Positions 19,790 to 28,998 of a stretch of DNA of 64,000 nt are shown piece by piece. The DNA is taken from contig CAYUOS010000001.1 in the NCBI GenBank assembly GCA_964446435.1, positions 6,659 through 70,658 of the forward strand, written 5' to 3'. Below the pieces are notes generated by a model. The model made no database searches. It saw only the letters and a list, made by a program, of their open reading frames with translations, and was not told the DNA's origin. How positions within the stretch are numbered: the stretch's first letter is position 1; each line of letters opens with the position of its first letter. This stretch comes from an uncultured Rikenellaceae bacterium. Its GTDB lineage: Bacteria; Bacteroidota; Bacteroidia; Bacteroidales; VadinHA17. The position numbers and the translations under genes are program-made.

Positions 19790-21691
19790 ATGAGCGATCC
19801 GGTCAGGCATGAATGCGGGATAGCACTTCTGAGACTGCTTAAGCCCGTTGAGTTCTATATTGAAAAGTATGGAACCTGGAAATACGGACTCGGGAAGATG
19901 TACCTGATAATGGAGAAGCAGCGCAACAGGGGTCAGGATGGAGCAGGACTTGCAGGACTGAAGCTGAATGCCCCGGCAGGGAGAAGGTACATTTTCAGGG
20001 AGAGGTCTAACCATTCAGATTCAATAAAGGAGGTCTTTTCACGGGTTTACGACGATATCGAACTTGTCAGGGAGAGAGTGCCGGAGGAATCTGAGAATCC
20101 GGTATTCCTCAGGGAGGAGATGCCATTTGCATGCGACATCTACCTTGGTCACCTGAGATACGGAACATTCGGCAACTACAATATTGATTATGTTCATCCG
20201 GTAACCAGGGAGAACAACTGGAGGTCGAGGAGCCTGATACTTGCAGGAAATTTCAACCTTACCAATGTCGACGAGATATTCGATCACCTGGTGGAGATCG
20301 GACAGAATCCTGTCGACTTCTCTGACACCGTTACAGTGCTTGAGAACCTCGGGCATTTTCTCGATGAGGAGAATGAAAGATTGTACAGGGAGTTCAAGAC
20401 TCAGGGGTTTTCAAAGAAGGAGATTACCCCTATGATAGAGAGGGACCTGAACATAGCCACGGTTCTTGAGAGCGCGGCCAGGAGGTGGGACGGGGGTTAT
20501 GCCATGGCCGGAATAACAGGATTCGGAACAGGCTTCGTGCTGAGAGACCCGGCGGGAATAAGGCCCGTATTCTGGTATCACGACGATGAGATAGCCATTG
20601 CTGCTTCAGAGAGGCCGGTGATTCAGACTGTCTTCAGGAAGAAGACAGTCGACATAAAGGAGCTAACCCCGGGTCATGCGTTGATTATAAGTGCTTCAGG
20701 CTCGGTTAAGGAGGAGAAGGTACTTGACCCTGTTCCGGCAAGCAAATGCTCATTTGAAAGAATATACTTCTCGAGGGGCACCGACAAGAATATCTACAGG
20801 GAGCGAAAGATGCTGGGAGAACTTCTTACCCCCGATGTTCTGAAAGCAGTCGGTTACGACATAGAGAACACAGTATTCTCGTATATACCGAATACGGCTG
20901 AGAGTGCATTCTTCGGACTGGTAAAGGGACTGGAAGATTACCTCAACGGATTCAAGGTCGATGCCATCATGAAACAGGGCAACGTTCCGGGCAGGGAGCG
21001 TATGGAAGAGATAATGTCGGTCAGGCCCAGGATTGAAAAGATAGCAGTAAAGGATGTCAAGCTCAGGACATTCATAACTGAGGATGCTGCCCGTGAGGAT
21101 CTTGTCGGCCATGTATATGATGTTACATATGGAGTTGTAAGGAGAGGTGTGGATAATCTTGTTGTGCTTGATGACTCAATTGTAAGGGGAACCACTCTCA
21201 AGAACAGCATTATAAGGATACTTGACGGTATTGGGCCGAAAAAGCTTGTAATTGTATCATCCTCACCGCAGATACGGTATCCCGACTGTTATGGCATTGA
21301 TATGGCGAGACTTGGTGACTTCATCGCCTTCAGGGCCGCCATTTCGATTATACGGGAACAGGGCAGGGAGAGTCTGATTGATGAGGTTTACAGTCAGGCA
21401 AAGGCTGAGCTTGGGAAGCCTGTTGGAGAGATGGAGAACGTTGTCAGGGAGATTTACAGGGGAATCACGGCTTCCGATATTTCCGTCAAGATAGCCTCAA
21501 TGCTTAAGACACCCGGTATTAAGGCTGAGCTGGAGATAGTCTATCAGTCAATTGAAAACCTGCATATTGCCTGTCCGGGCCATAAAGGTGACTGGTATTT
21601 TTCCGGTAATTATCCCACGCCAGGTGGAAACAGGGTGGTTAACCGGTCGTTCGTCAATTTTGTTGAGGGAATAGACAGAAGAGCTTACTAG
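19790..21691 (+). CDS. purF: Amidophosphoribosyltransferase (class II glutamine amidotransferase, long Bacteroidetes form)
   Basis: An N-terminal nucleophile context (...RHECGIALLRL) and the PRTase motif VVLDDSIVRGTTL; 633 aa. Confidence 0.8.
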   Translation: MSDPVRHECGIALLRLLKPVEFYIEKYGTWKYGLGKMYLIMEKQRNRGQDGAGLAGLKLNAPAGRRYIFRERSNHSDSIKEVFSRVYDDIELVRERVPEESENPVFLREEMPFACDIYLGHLRYGTFGNYNIDYVHPVTRENNWRSRSLILAGNFNLTNVDEIFDHLVEIGQNPVDFSDTVTVLENLGHFLDEENERLYREFKTQGFSKKEITPMIERDLNIATVLESAARRWDGGYAMAGITGFGTGFVLRDPAGIRPVFWYHDDEIAIAASERPVIQTVFRKKTVDIKELTPGHALIISASGSVKEEKVLDPVPASKCSFERIYFSRGTDKNIYRERKMLGELLTPDVLKAVGYDIENTVFSYIPNTAESAFFGLVKGLEDYLNGFKVDAIMKQGNVPGRERMEEIMSVRPRIEKIAVKDVKLRTFITEDAAREDLVGHVYDVTYGVVRRGVDNLVVLDDSIVRGTTLKNSIIRILDGIGPKKLVIVSSSPQIRYPDCYGIDMARLGDFIAFRAAISIIREQGRESLIDEVYSQAKAELGKPVGEMENVVREIYRGITASDISVKIASMLKTPGIKAELEIVYQSIENLHIACPGHKGDWYFSGNYPTPGGNRVVNRSFVNFVEGIDRRAY

Positions 21692-22635
21692 TCGACCGGG
21701 TCAAATTCGAATCCCTCACGGTAGGAGGCGAGGTGACGGTTAATCTTCTCAACGTAAATGTCTTTTATGGTGATCATTATCCCGGTTTCCTCAACGTTTC
21801 CGAAATGGTAATTGATAAAGGTGCCGAATGTCCTCATTGTTGGCGAAAGGTTCATGTAGGCATTGAAAAGAGGGGGGATGTTTTCTCCAAGTTTTCTCAC
21901 CTCACATGAGAGAACCTTATAGTCGTAATCATAATCTCCTGTGAATAGTTGCTTCAGTTCATTCTCATGGAAATCGATTTCGATAGGTTCCTTAGGGACG
22001 ATAAGGTTGTCGTGATCGCCGAAATGCTTTCGCATAAAGCAAAGTATCATGTCGCGGGCCTTCTGGTTATAGTGCCTGTACATGGTGACCTTCCCGAACA
22101 TGTACCTGATATGGGGGGTATTAATGGCAATTGCCCCGAGGCCGTCCCAGAGATTGTCAAGCGAGAATATGCTCTTCCTGCCCATTGCCTTTGACTGGTA
22201 TGCCGGTTGTACGAATGATCTGCCCAGTTCCATAAGGTACGGATAGTAGTTGTTTCTGAACTCCTCTGAGAAGTGAAAATATGAGTATGATGCCAGCCTT
22301 GAAAGGTCATCAGAGGGGTTATGATCATCATTTATGTAGAACCTGTAACCGCCTACTATCTCAAGGTTGTCGGGGTCCCATACAATAAGCTGCTTATGAG
22401 GATTACGGGAGTCGATGTCGTAACTGTCGATATCAACCTCCTTTCCCGTTCCTCCTCCCGCACTCCTGAAAGCATGCTCACGAACCCTTCCAACCTCGCG
22501 CATCAGCACAGGCGACTCGGTTCCTGTGAAGATGTATACCTCGTTGTTGCCATTATTGGTCTTTCGCAACAACCTTTCGGAGGTAAGTTCTGCTACTATC
22601 TCTTCTACAGGGGTGCGTTGAGCTATGTCGTTCAT
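21688..22635 (-). CDS. GNAT-like N-acyltransferase (OlsB/GlsB-like N-acyl amino-acid lipid synthase)
   Basis: 315-aa ORF immediately downstream of, and co-oriented with, a lysophospholipid-type acyltransferase. The length and gene pairing match the Bacteroidetes glycine-lipid gene pair. The assignment comes from family recollection, not from a motif. Confidence 0.55.
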   Translation of the reverse strand: MNDIAQRTPVEEIVAELTSERLLRKTNNGNNEVYIFTGTESPVLMREVGRVREHAFRSAGGGTGKEVDIDSYDIDSRNPHKQLIVWDPDNLEIVGGYRFYINDDHNPSDDLSRLASYSYFHFSEEFRNNYYPYLMELGRSFVQPAYQSKAMGRKSIFSLDNLWDGLGAIAINTPHIRYMFGKVTMYRHYNQKARDMILCFMRKHFGDHDNLIVPKEPIEIDFHENELKQLFTGDYDYDYKVLSCEVRKLGENIPPLFNAYMNLSPTMRTFGTFINYHFGNVEETGIMITIKDIYVEKINRHLASYREGFEFDPVD

Positions 22636-22651
22636 CTGTTGAGTTTTATTG

Positions 22652-23503
22652 TCAGATTTCAGTTTGCCGGCCTTTAGTATCAGTTATTCCCGATTCAAGG
22701 TCATAGGACTTTTTCTTCATAAATGCAGCCCACTCAGTGGCGCTCTTTGTCTTGTCAAATGTCTTCCAGCTTACCGGTTTTCCGAATACGATAAATATCT
22801 GCCTTCCTTTCTGGCGAAACATCTCGTCGGGCAGATAGAGCATCTCGATATTGGTTTTGATGCCAAGACTGGTTCTGAATTTTGCGAGCGAATAGAAGAA
22901 GGAGGAATTCCTGCCTGAGAAAAATACGGGAATAATATCCCTGCGATGCCATACAGCCTTTGTGATAAAGCTCTTCTGCCATCCGGGGTCGGTGATTGTG
23001 CCGCCTGTTCTCCGTGAGCATATGCCTGATGGAAAATAGAGTATCTGGTCATCTGAGGCGTAGGCATTGTCGATTGCCCGAACGGCCTCCCTGTCCTGTA
23101 CCCCATGCTTGTTAACCGGCAGGAATATCCCTGAAAAGTTGTTTATGTTCAGCAATAGGTCATTGACCGGGAATTTAACCTTCGGGTAGTACTTCGATAC
23201 TGCATCAATGAAGACCATGCCGTCGAGCCCTCCCAGCGGATGGTTCGAAGCAAATATGTAGCGCCCTGATTGCGGAAGATCATCGGCACCTACCGTCTTG
23301 TAGCTGATGCCCATGAAGCTTAGAACGGCTGATACGAACTCCTTGTCCTTAAGGTGCCCGTATTCTGAAAGAATGAAATTGATTTCGTCCTGGTGAAGAA
23401 TCCTTTCTAGGTACCTGATGATGAACCCTGGCATCCGCCTGGCCAGTTTTGGGCTTTTTGATTCAAGCACCCTGCGTACATCGATTCTCTGAGGTTCTTC
23501 CAT
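22652..23503 (-). CDS. Lysophospholipid/1-acyl-glycerol-3-phosphate-type O-acyltransferase (GlsA-like)
   Basis: Acyltransferase block FASNHPLGGLDG and a later block YFPSGICSR. The track ORF runs to 23683, but that extension covers the mraZ operator region. The ATG at 23503 (MEEPQRIDV...) is preferred. Confidence 0.7.
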   Translation of the reverse strand: MEEPQRIDVRRVLESKSPKLARRMPGFIIRYLERILHQDEINFILSEYGHLKDKEFVSAVLSFMGISYKTVGADDLPQSGRYIFASNHPLGGLDGMVFIDAVSKYYPKVKFPVNDLLLNINNFSGIFLPVNKHGVQDREAVRAIDNAYASDDQILYFPSGICSRRTGGTITDPGWQKSFITKAVWHRRDIIPVFFSGRNSSFFYSLAKFRTSLGIKTNIEMLYLPDEMFRQKGRQIFIVFGKPVSWKTFDKTKSATEWAAFMKKKSYDLESGITDTKGRQTEI

Positions 23504-23544
23504 CACTTTTTCAAGGGTGTTCAGCCAGAAGGTTCCGGCCTTTG

Positions 23545-23552
23545 CAAAGGTA
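23545..23552 (-). promoter_or_regulatory. -7 box (TAnnTTTG) for the acyltransferase operon
   Basis: The minus strand reads TACCTTTG, inside the 12-bp palindrome CCTTTGCAAAGG (23539-23550), 41 nt upstream of the ATG at 23503. Confidence 0.45.
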
Positions 23553-23596
23553 ACTGAAAATGATATCTGATGCAATCTGATGCGAAAGTTATTAAC

Positions 23597-23636
23597 AAAG
23601 TGGAAAAAAATGGAGTAAAGTGGGATAAAGTGGGTA
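23597..23636 (+). promoter_or_regulatory. MraZ operator: four 10-bp-phased direct repeats (AAAGTGG-like)
   Basis: AAAGTGGAAA / AAATGGAGTA / AAAGTGGGAT / AAAGTGGGTA have GTGG cores at 23600, 23610(TGG), 23620 and 23630. The last repeat ends 40 nt upstream of the mraZ ATG. Confidence 0.7.
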
Positions 23637-23675
23637 AAAATATATATTTTAGCGTTTTGAAACAGGTAAAACGGT

Positions 23676-24140
23676 ATGGCCACATTTATAGGCGATTATC
23701 CATGCAAGATTGATGACAAGGGGAGAGTGAACCTTCCCTCGCCATTCAAGAAGCAGATGCCCACTGCATCGGAGGACCGTTTTGTGGTAAGGAAGGACAT
23801 CTTTGAGAGCTGCCTTGTGCTTTACACTCTTGATGACTGGAACCTTCAGCTTGAGAAGATAAGGAGCAGGATCAATCCTTACAATCGTGAACACAACAGG
23901 TTTCTGCGTAACTTTTTCATGGCTACTGCCGAGGTGACCCTTGACAGCAACAGTCGCATGCTGATACCGCGTCGTCTGCTTGAGATGGCTGGTATAAGCA
24001 GGGATGTTGTAATGGCCGGGCAGGATGGCCGTATTGAGATATGGCCTGAGGAGTCTTACGGTTCTGCGTCGCTGCCTCCGGGTGATTTTGCTGACCTTGC
24101 CGAGAGGCTTTTGGGCGGAGGTACCAATCAAACTGACTAG
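23676..24140 (+). CDS. mraZ: Division/cell-wall cluster transcriptional regulator MraZ
   Basis: 154 aa with two SpoVT/AbrB-like halves carrying DxxGR-type motifs (IDDKGRVNLP; LDSNSRMLIP). It is the first gene of the dcw cluster. Confidence 0.93.
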   Translation: MATFIGDYPCKIDDKGRVNLPSPFKKQMPTASEDRFVVRKDIFESCLVLYTLDDWNLQLEKIRSRINPYNREHNRFLRNFFMATAEVTLDSNSRMLIPRRLLEMAGISRDVVMAGQDGRIEIWPEESYGSASLPPGDFADLAERLLGGGTNQTD

Positions 24141-24142
24141 CG

Positions 24143-25039
24143 ATGACGTATCATGTACCTGCCTTGCTCAAACAGAGTGTTGACGGGCTTGATCTGAGGT
24201 CCGGAGGGGTCTACGTCGACGTTACATTCGGTGGCGGTGGCCATTCATCCGCGATATTGTCGAGGCTTGAGGGGGGCAGGCTTATAGCCTTTGATCACGA
24301 CAGCGATGCAGGGGCGAATGTTATTTCAGACGAACGGTTACTGTTTCTGGCTCAGAATTTCAGGTTTCTGAGGAACAATCTGGTTTATCATGGTATTGAG
24401 AAGATTGACGGGCTGATTGCCGATCTGGGGGTGTCGTTTCATCAGTTTGATGTTCCTGAGCGAGGCTTTTCATTTCGCTTTGACGGACCTCTCGACATGA
24501 GGATGAACCGTGACGGCAGCCTGACGGCGGCGTCGGTTCTCAACAGCTACGCTGAAGAGAGGCTCGCTGATATCTTTTACAGGTATGGTGAGATAAGCAC
24601 ATCGAGAGCTGTTGCGAGGGCTCTTGTGGCAGCGAGGGAGTCATCGCCGCTTGTTGCGGTTGGAGATCTTATTTCAGCCGTAAAAGCCCTGGTTCCCCCG
24701 AAAACTGCGAACAAGTTTCTGGCGAAGCTATTTCAGGCATTGCGGATTGAGGTCAACAGCGAACTTGACAGTCTGAAGGAGATGTTGCGGCAGGCACTTG
24801 AGATGCTGGTTCCGGGAGGCAGGCTGGTGGTGATAACCTACCATTCACTGGAGGACCGGCTGGTTAAGAATTTTATGAGAAGCGGATCTTTTGAGGGAGA
24901 TATTGAGAAGGATTTTTACGGTAATGTGCAGACGCCGTTCAGGATTATTACCAAACGTGCCATTGTTGCGGGCGAGGAGGAGATTGCTGCCAACCCGAGG
25001 GCCAGGAGTGCGAAGCTGAGAATAGCTGAAAAGATTTGA
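24143..25039 (+). CDS. rsmH: 16S rRNA (cytosine1402-N4)-methyltransferase
   Basis: SAM-binding motif DVTFGGGGHS and a C-terminal NPRARSAKLR; conserved position after mraZ. Confidence 0.95.
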   Translation: MTYHVPALLKQSVDGLDLRSGGVYVDVTFGGGGHSSAILSRLEGGRLIAFDHDSDAGANVISDERLLFLAQNFRFLRNNLVYHGIEKIDGLIADLGVSFHQFDVPERGFSFRFDGPLDMRMNRDGSLTAASVLNSYAEERLADIFYRYGEISTSRAVARALVAARESSPLVAVGDLISAVKALVPPKTANKFLAKLFQALRIEVNSELDSLKEMLRQALEMLVPGGRLVVITYHSLEDRLVKNFMRSGSFEGDIEKDFYGNVQTPFRIITKRAIVAGEEEIAANPRARSAKLRIAEKI

Positions 25040-25401
25040 TGATGGAGGAGAAGAATAACGGAAAGAAGAAGGCGCAAAAGGGCAGGCCGGGGCTGATCAG
25101 GGAGCTGATGAGCGGAAGCCTGCTGTCTGACAAGATTATCCTTAAGAACCTGGGATACATTGTTTTCCTGACATTCCTGGGGGCTGTATACATTGCCAGC
25201 AGGTTTCATGCCGAGAATCTTGTGCGCAGGATTACGAGGCTGCAGAATGAGGTAAAGGAACTGAGGGCAGATGCCTTGTCTACCTCTGCCGAGCTGATGC
25301 AGGCCTCGAGGCAGTCGGAGGTAACCAGGCTTATAAGGGAACGGGGCCTGGGACTTGAGGAGCTTACTGAACCGCCGTACAGGCTGGTGGTAAAGAAATG
25401 A
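25036..25401 (+). CDS. ftsL: FtsL-like cell division protein
   Basis: 121 aa with a basic N-terminus, a single TM (LGYIVFLTFLGAVYIA) and a coiled-coil tail. It holds the conserved slot between rsmH and ftsI. Confidence 0.7.
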   Translation: MMMEEKNNGKKKAQKGRPGLIRELMSGSLLSDKIILKNLGYIVFLTFLGAVYIASRFHAENLVRRITRLQNEVKELRADALSTSAELMQASRQSEVTRLIRERGLGLEELTEPPYRLVVKK

Positions 25402-27534
25402 ATGCGTATGTCGAAGCGTGATGAGATAGTAATGCGGAGCGGAATAATCTACCTGGTGGTGGTGCTGCTTTCTGTTGCAGTGCTTGCCAGGATCATCATA
25501 CTTCAGTTTGTGCAGAGGGAGAAATGGGAGGCGATGGGTGAGTCTTATATTTTCAAGAAGGACATCATACAGGCGAACCGGGGAGACATACTTGCATATG
25601 ACGGCAGGTTGCTTGCCAGCTCGGTGCCTTACTATACGGTTTATATGGACACCCGCAGTACCGGAATGGCCGACTCGGTATGGGTAAAGGGGATCGACGG
25701 TCTCGCTTCAGGACTGTCCTCGGTCTTCGGTGACAAGTCGGCGGCTGCCTGGAAGGCAGACCTGACTGCTGCGAGGAGCAGGGGTGAAAGGTATTACCTG
25801 ATAAAGAGGCATGTAAGCCATTCAAACCTGAAGAGACTTCAGCAACTGCCCATTTTCAGGCATGGCCAGTACAGGGGAGGGCTTCTGACACGACCCGAGA
25901 ACAGGCGCATACTTCCCAACATTGAGTTGGCGTCGAGAACGATAGGGTACCTTACCGAGGGGAGCAGTGGCAATGTTGTAGGTCTTGAGGGTGCTTTCGA
26001 CCGCGATCTTTCGGGATCAAACGGGGCAGTGATGATGCAGAGGCTCACCGGCGGCGACTGGTTTCCCGTCAGTGACAACCGCGATGTGCTCACCAGGGAT
26101 GGGAATGACATAATCACAACAATTGATCTCGACCTTCAGGATGTGGCACACAGCGCTCTGCTGGGGCAGCTCAGGAGGCACAATGCCCACCATGGTACAG
26201 CGGTGCTGATGGAGGTCAGAACCGGTGATATAAAGGCGATAGTTAACCTCGAGATCAGGGATGGAAGGTACCGTGAGGTTTACAACTATGCGATTGGCGA
26301 GAGCACTGAACCCGGTTCAACCTTTAAGCTTCCTGCACTGATGGCAGCGCTTGAGGAGGGGTCTGTTGACCTTGATGATATCATTGACACCGGTGACGGA
26401 ACAATAAGATTCTACGACAAGATAATACGTGACTCGAGACAGGGTGGGCACGGGAAGCTCACTGTTCAGCAGGTGTTTGAAATGTCGTCGAATGTCGGAA
26501 TGGCTAAGATCATACACGAGACATTCAAGGATAAGCCGAGGGTGTTTGTCGACAGGCTCTACTCGATGAAGCTCAACGACAGACTCGGTATACAGATTAA
26601 GGGAGAGGGCTCTCCGCTCATCAGGTACCCGGGAGACAAGCTCTGGTCGGGTCTCTCGCTTCCAATGATGTCGCATGGCTACGAGGTGCAGCAAACACCA
26701 CTGCAGATACTTACCTTCTACAATGCCGTGGCGAACAACGGGAAGATGGTAAAGCCCAGGTTTGTGAGTGCTGTGGCCTATCACGGGGATATTATGAAGG
26801 AGTTTCCTACAGAGGTGATAACCACATCTATAAGCTCACGTTCGACAGTATCAAAAGCAAGAAAGATGCTTGAGGGTGTTGTGGAAAACGGAACAGCCAC
26901 GAACCTCAGGAATGCCAACTACTCTATTGCAGGCAAGACAGGAACGGCACAGATAGCGAATGAGAAATATGGCTACAGGCAGGGATCGAGCGTATCATAC
27001 CAGGCATCATTTGTCGGTTATTTTCCTGCCGACAATCCGCTTTTCTCATGCATAGTCGTGGTCAATGCTCCCTCGAACTCAATCTATTACGGCAATCTTG
27101 TAGCAGGGCCGGTATTCAGGGAGATAGCCGACAAGGTCTATTCGAAGTATTTCTACCGGTTTCATGATGCAGCGAGAGACGAGCAGGCACCTGCGGTCAG
27201 GCTTGCCATTGCACAGCCTGAAATTGGAGGAGGCTATGGAGAGGATGTAATTCGGACTATCAGGGACCTGAAATTGAATATACGGAACATGCCATCGTCT
27301 GAGTGGATAATGGCAAGACGCGTAAATGACACAATAAGGCTCAGGCCCCTGATTATGGAAGATGGGGTGATTCCCGATATCAGGGGGATGAGCCTCAGGG
27401 ATGCCCTATATCTTCTTGAGAACTCGGGGTGGCATGTGAAATACAGCGGTTCCGGAAGGGTGACCAAGCAGTCGCCTGCAGGCGGAAGCCGCCTGAAGAG
27501 AGGGGCAACAGTATATATAGAACTTGATATATGA
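25402..27534 (+). CDS. ftsI: Penicillin-binding protein 3 (peptidoglycan D,D-transpeptidase)
   Basis: SxxK (GSTFKL), SxN (MSSNVG), KTG (AGKTGTA); C-terminal PASTA-like domain; 710 aa. Confidence 0.93.
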   Translation: MRMSKRDEIVMRSGIIYLVVVLLSVAVLARIIILQFVQREKWEAMGESYIFKKDIIQANRGDILAYDGRLLASSVPYYTVYMDTRSTGMADSVWVKGIDGLASGLSSVFGDKSAAAWKADLTAARSRGERYYLIKRHVSHSNLKRLQQLPIFRHGQYRGGLLTRPENRRILPNIELASRTIGYLTEGSSGNVVGLEGAFDRDLSGSNGAVMMQRLTGGDWFPVSDNRDVLTRDGNDIITTIDLDLQDVAHSALLGQLRRHNAHHGTAVLMEVRTGDIKAIVNLEIRDGRYREVYNYAIGESTEPGSTFKLPALMAALEEGSVDLDDIIDTGDGTIRFYDKIIRDSRQGGHGKLTVQQVFEMSSNVGMAKIIHETFKDKPRVFVDRLYSMKLNDRLGIQIKGEGSPLIRYPGDKLWSGLSLPMMSHGYEVQQTPLQILTFYNAVANNGKMVKPRFVSAVAYHGDIMKEFPTEVITTSISSRSTVSKARKMLEGVVENGTATNLRNANYSIAGKTGTAQIANEKYGYRQGSSVSYQASFVGYFPADNPLFSCIVVVNAPSNSIYYGNLVAGPVFREIADKVYSKYFYRFHDAARDEQAPAVRLAIAQPEIGGGYGEDVIRTIRDLKLNIRNMPSSEWIMARRVNDTIRLRPLIMEDGVIPDIRGMSLRDALYLLENSGWHVKYSGSGRVTKQSPAGGSRLKRGATVYIELDI

Positions 27535-28988
27535 AGAGATTAAGTGATCTGAAGGAGGGGATGAAGGTGCTGCAAATAACCGGCGATGCAGAGGTTATTG
27601 TCACTGCTGTTACTGCTGACTCACGCAGGGCCGGACCGGGTGTACTGTTTGTTGCCGTCAGGGGAACCAAAACCGACGGGCATCTCTTTATCGATGCGGC
27701 TATCTCGGCAGGTTCTCCTGTGGTGGTTTGTGAGAAGGCACCCTCGGGCGGGTTCCCGGGGATAACCACAGTAACTGTACCTGACAGTGCTGAAGCTCTG
27801 GGCCTGATCTCTTCGGCGTTTTATGGCTACCCTTCTGCTTCACTCAGGCTTACGGGTGTTACCGGCACGAACGGAAAGACAACGATTGCCACCCTTCTCT
27901 ATAATACATTCATGTCACTCGGGTATAAGTGCGGGCTGCTTTCAACGGTTTGCAATTATGTCCATGACAGAAAGAGTGATGCGACACATACGACTCCCGA
28001 TCCCGTGGCCCTCAATGCCCTGATGGCCTCAATGGTTGAAGAGGGATGTGAGTTTGTCTTCATGGAGGTCAGCTCTCATGCCATCGATCAGAAAAGGATT
28101 GCAGGCCTCAAATTCGCCGGAGGGATTTTTACCAATCTTACCCATGATCATCTCGATTACCACAAGACCTTTGACAATTACCTTGGGGTAAAGAAGCGTT
28201 TCTTCGATAGTCTTGAGAGCGAAGCCTTTGCCCTGGTGAATTCCGACGATCGCAATGGCAAGGTAATGGTTCAGAATTGCCGTGCTGCCGTTCATACCTA
28301 TTCCCTTGCCTCACTTGCAGAGTATCGTGCCTCGGTTGTTGAGCTGCGACTCGACGGGATGGCAATGAAGATAGCCGGTAAGGAGGTCTGGACCAGCCTT
28401 ATCGGGGATTTCAACGCGTCAAACATTCTTGCGGTCTATGCTGCGGCCAGGTTGCTGGGGGCCGGTGAGGAGGAGACCCTTAAGGTAATCAGCAGTCTGA
28501 AACCTGTACCCGGAAGGCTTGAGGTTGTCGGGTCTCAGGCCGGAATAACCGGTATTGTTGATTATGCACATACCCCCGATGCCCTGAAGAATGTAACGGA
28601 TACCATAAACAGGATCAGGCAGGGAGCTGTAAGGCTGGTCACAGTGGTTGGTGCGGGTGGCGACAGGGACAGGACCAAGAGGCCTTTGATGGCCTCTATA
28701 GCGGCAATGGCCAGTGATACCGTAATACTTACCAGCGACAATCCGCGCACTGAAGATCCTGATATGATACTCAACGAGATGGAAGCAGGCCTTGACCCGG
28801 TACTGAGACGAAAATCAGTCAGGATAAGTGACAGGAGAAGTGCAATAAGAACCGCCGTAAAGCTCGCCTCACCGGGTGATATTATCCTGGTTGCCGGCAA
28901 GGGTCATGAAACCTACCAGGAGATCAGAGGTGTCAGGCACCATTTCGATGACAGGGAAGAGTTGCTGAGTGCATTTACAGACAGATAA
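27531..28988 (+). CDS. murE: UDP-N-acetylmuramoyl-L-alanyl-D-glutamate--2,6-diaminopimelate ligase
   Basis: P-loop [10 protein letters not shown] and the DAP-type DNPR motif ([10 protein letters not shown]). Confidence 0.93.
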   Translation: MKRLSDLKEGMKVLQITGDAEVIVTAVTADSRRAGPGVLFVAVRGTKTDGHLFIDAAISAGSPVVVCEKAPSGGFPGITTVTVPDSAEALGLISSAFYGYPSASLRLTGVTGTNGKTTIATLLYNTFMSLGYKCGLLSTVCNYVHDRKSDATHTTPDPVALNALMASMVEEGCEFVFMEVSSHAIDQKRIAGLKFAGGIFTNLTHDHLDYHKTFDNYLGVKKRFFDSLESEAFALVNSDDRNGKVMVQNCRAAVHTYSLASLAEYRASVVELRLDGMAMKIAGKEVWTSLIGDFNASNILAVYAAARLLGAGEEETLKVISSLKPVPGRLEVVGSQAGITGIVDYAHTPDALKNVTDTINRIRQGAVRLVTVVGAGGDRDRTKRPLMASIAAMASDTVILTSDNPRTEDPDMILNEMEAGLDPVLRRKSVRISDRRSAIRTAVKLASPGDIILVAGKGHETYQEIRGVRHHFDDREELLSAFTDR

Positions 28989-28998
28989 GATACAGATC

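Noticed and set aside
23504-23683. A 60-aa N-terminal extension of the acyltransferase ORF (track start at 23683).
   Set aside because: The extension (MAIPFYLFQNAKIYIFTHFIPLYSIFF...) is a translation of the AT-rich divergent promoter and MraZ-operator region, and it would overlap the mraZ start. The ATG at 23503, which has a -7 box 41 nt upstream, is the sensible start.
23649-24131. 160-aa minus-strand ORF covering the whole of mraZ.
   Set aside because: It is antisense to a strongly motif-supported mraZ gene. Its sequence is low-complexity and Arg/Thr-rich with no recognisable domain. It is a typical shadow ORF.
26317-26784. 155-aa minus-strand ORF.
   Set aside because: It is antisense within ftsI (PBP3). 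It is a shadow ORF.
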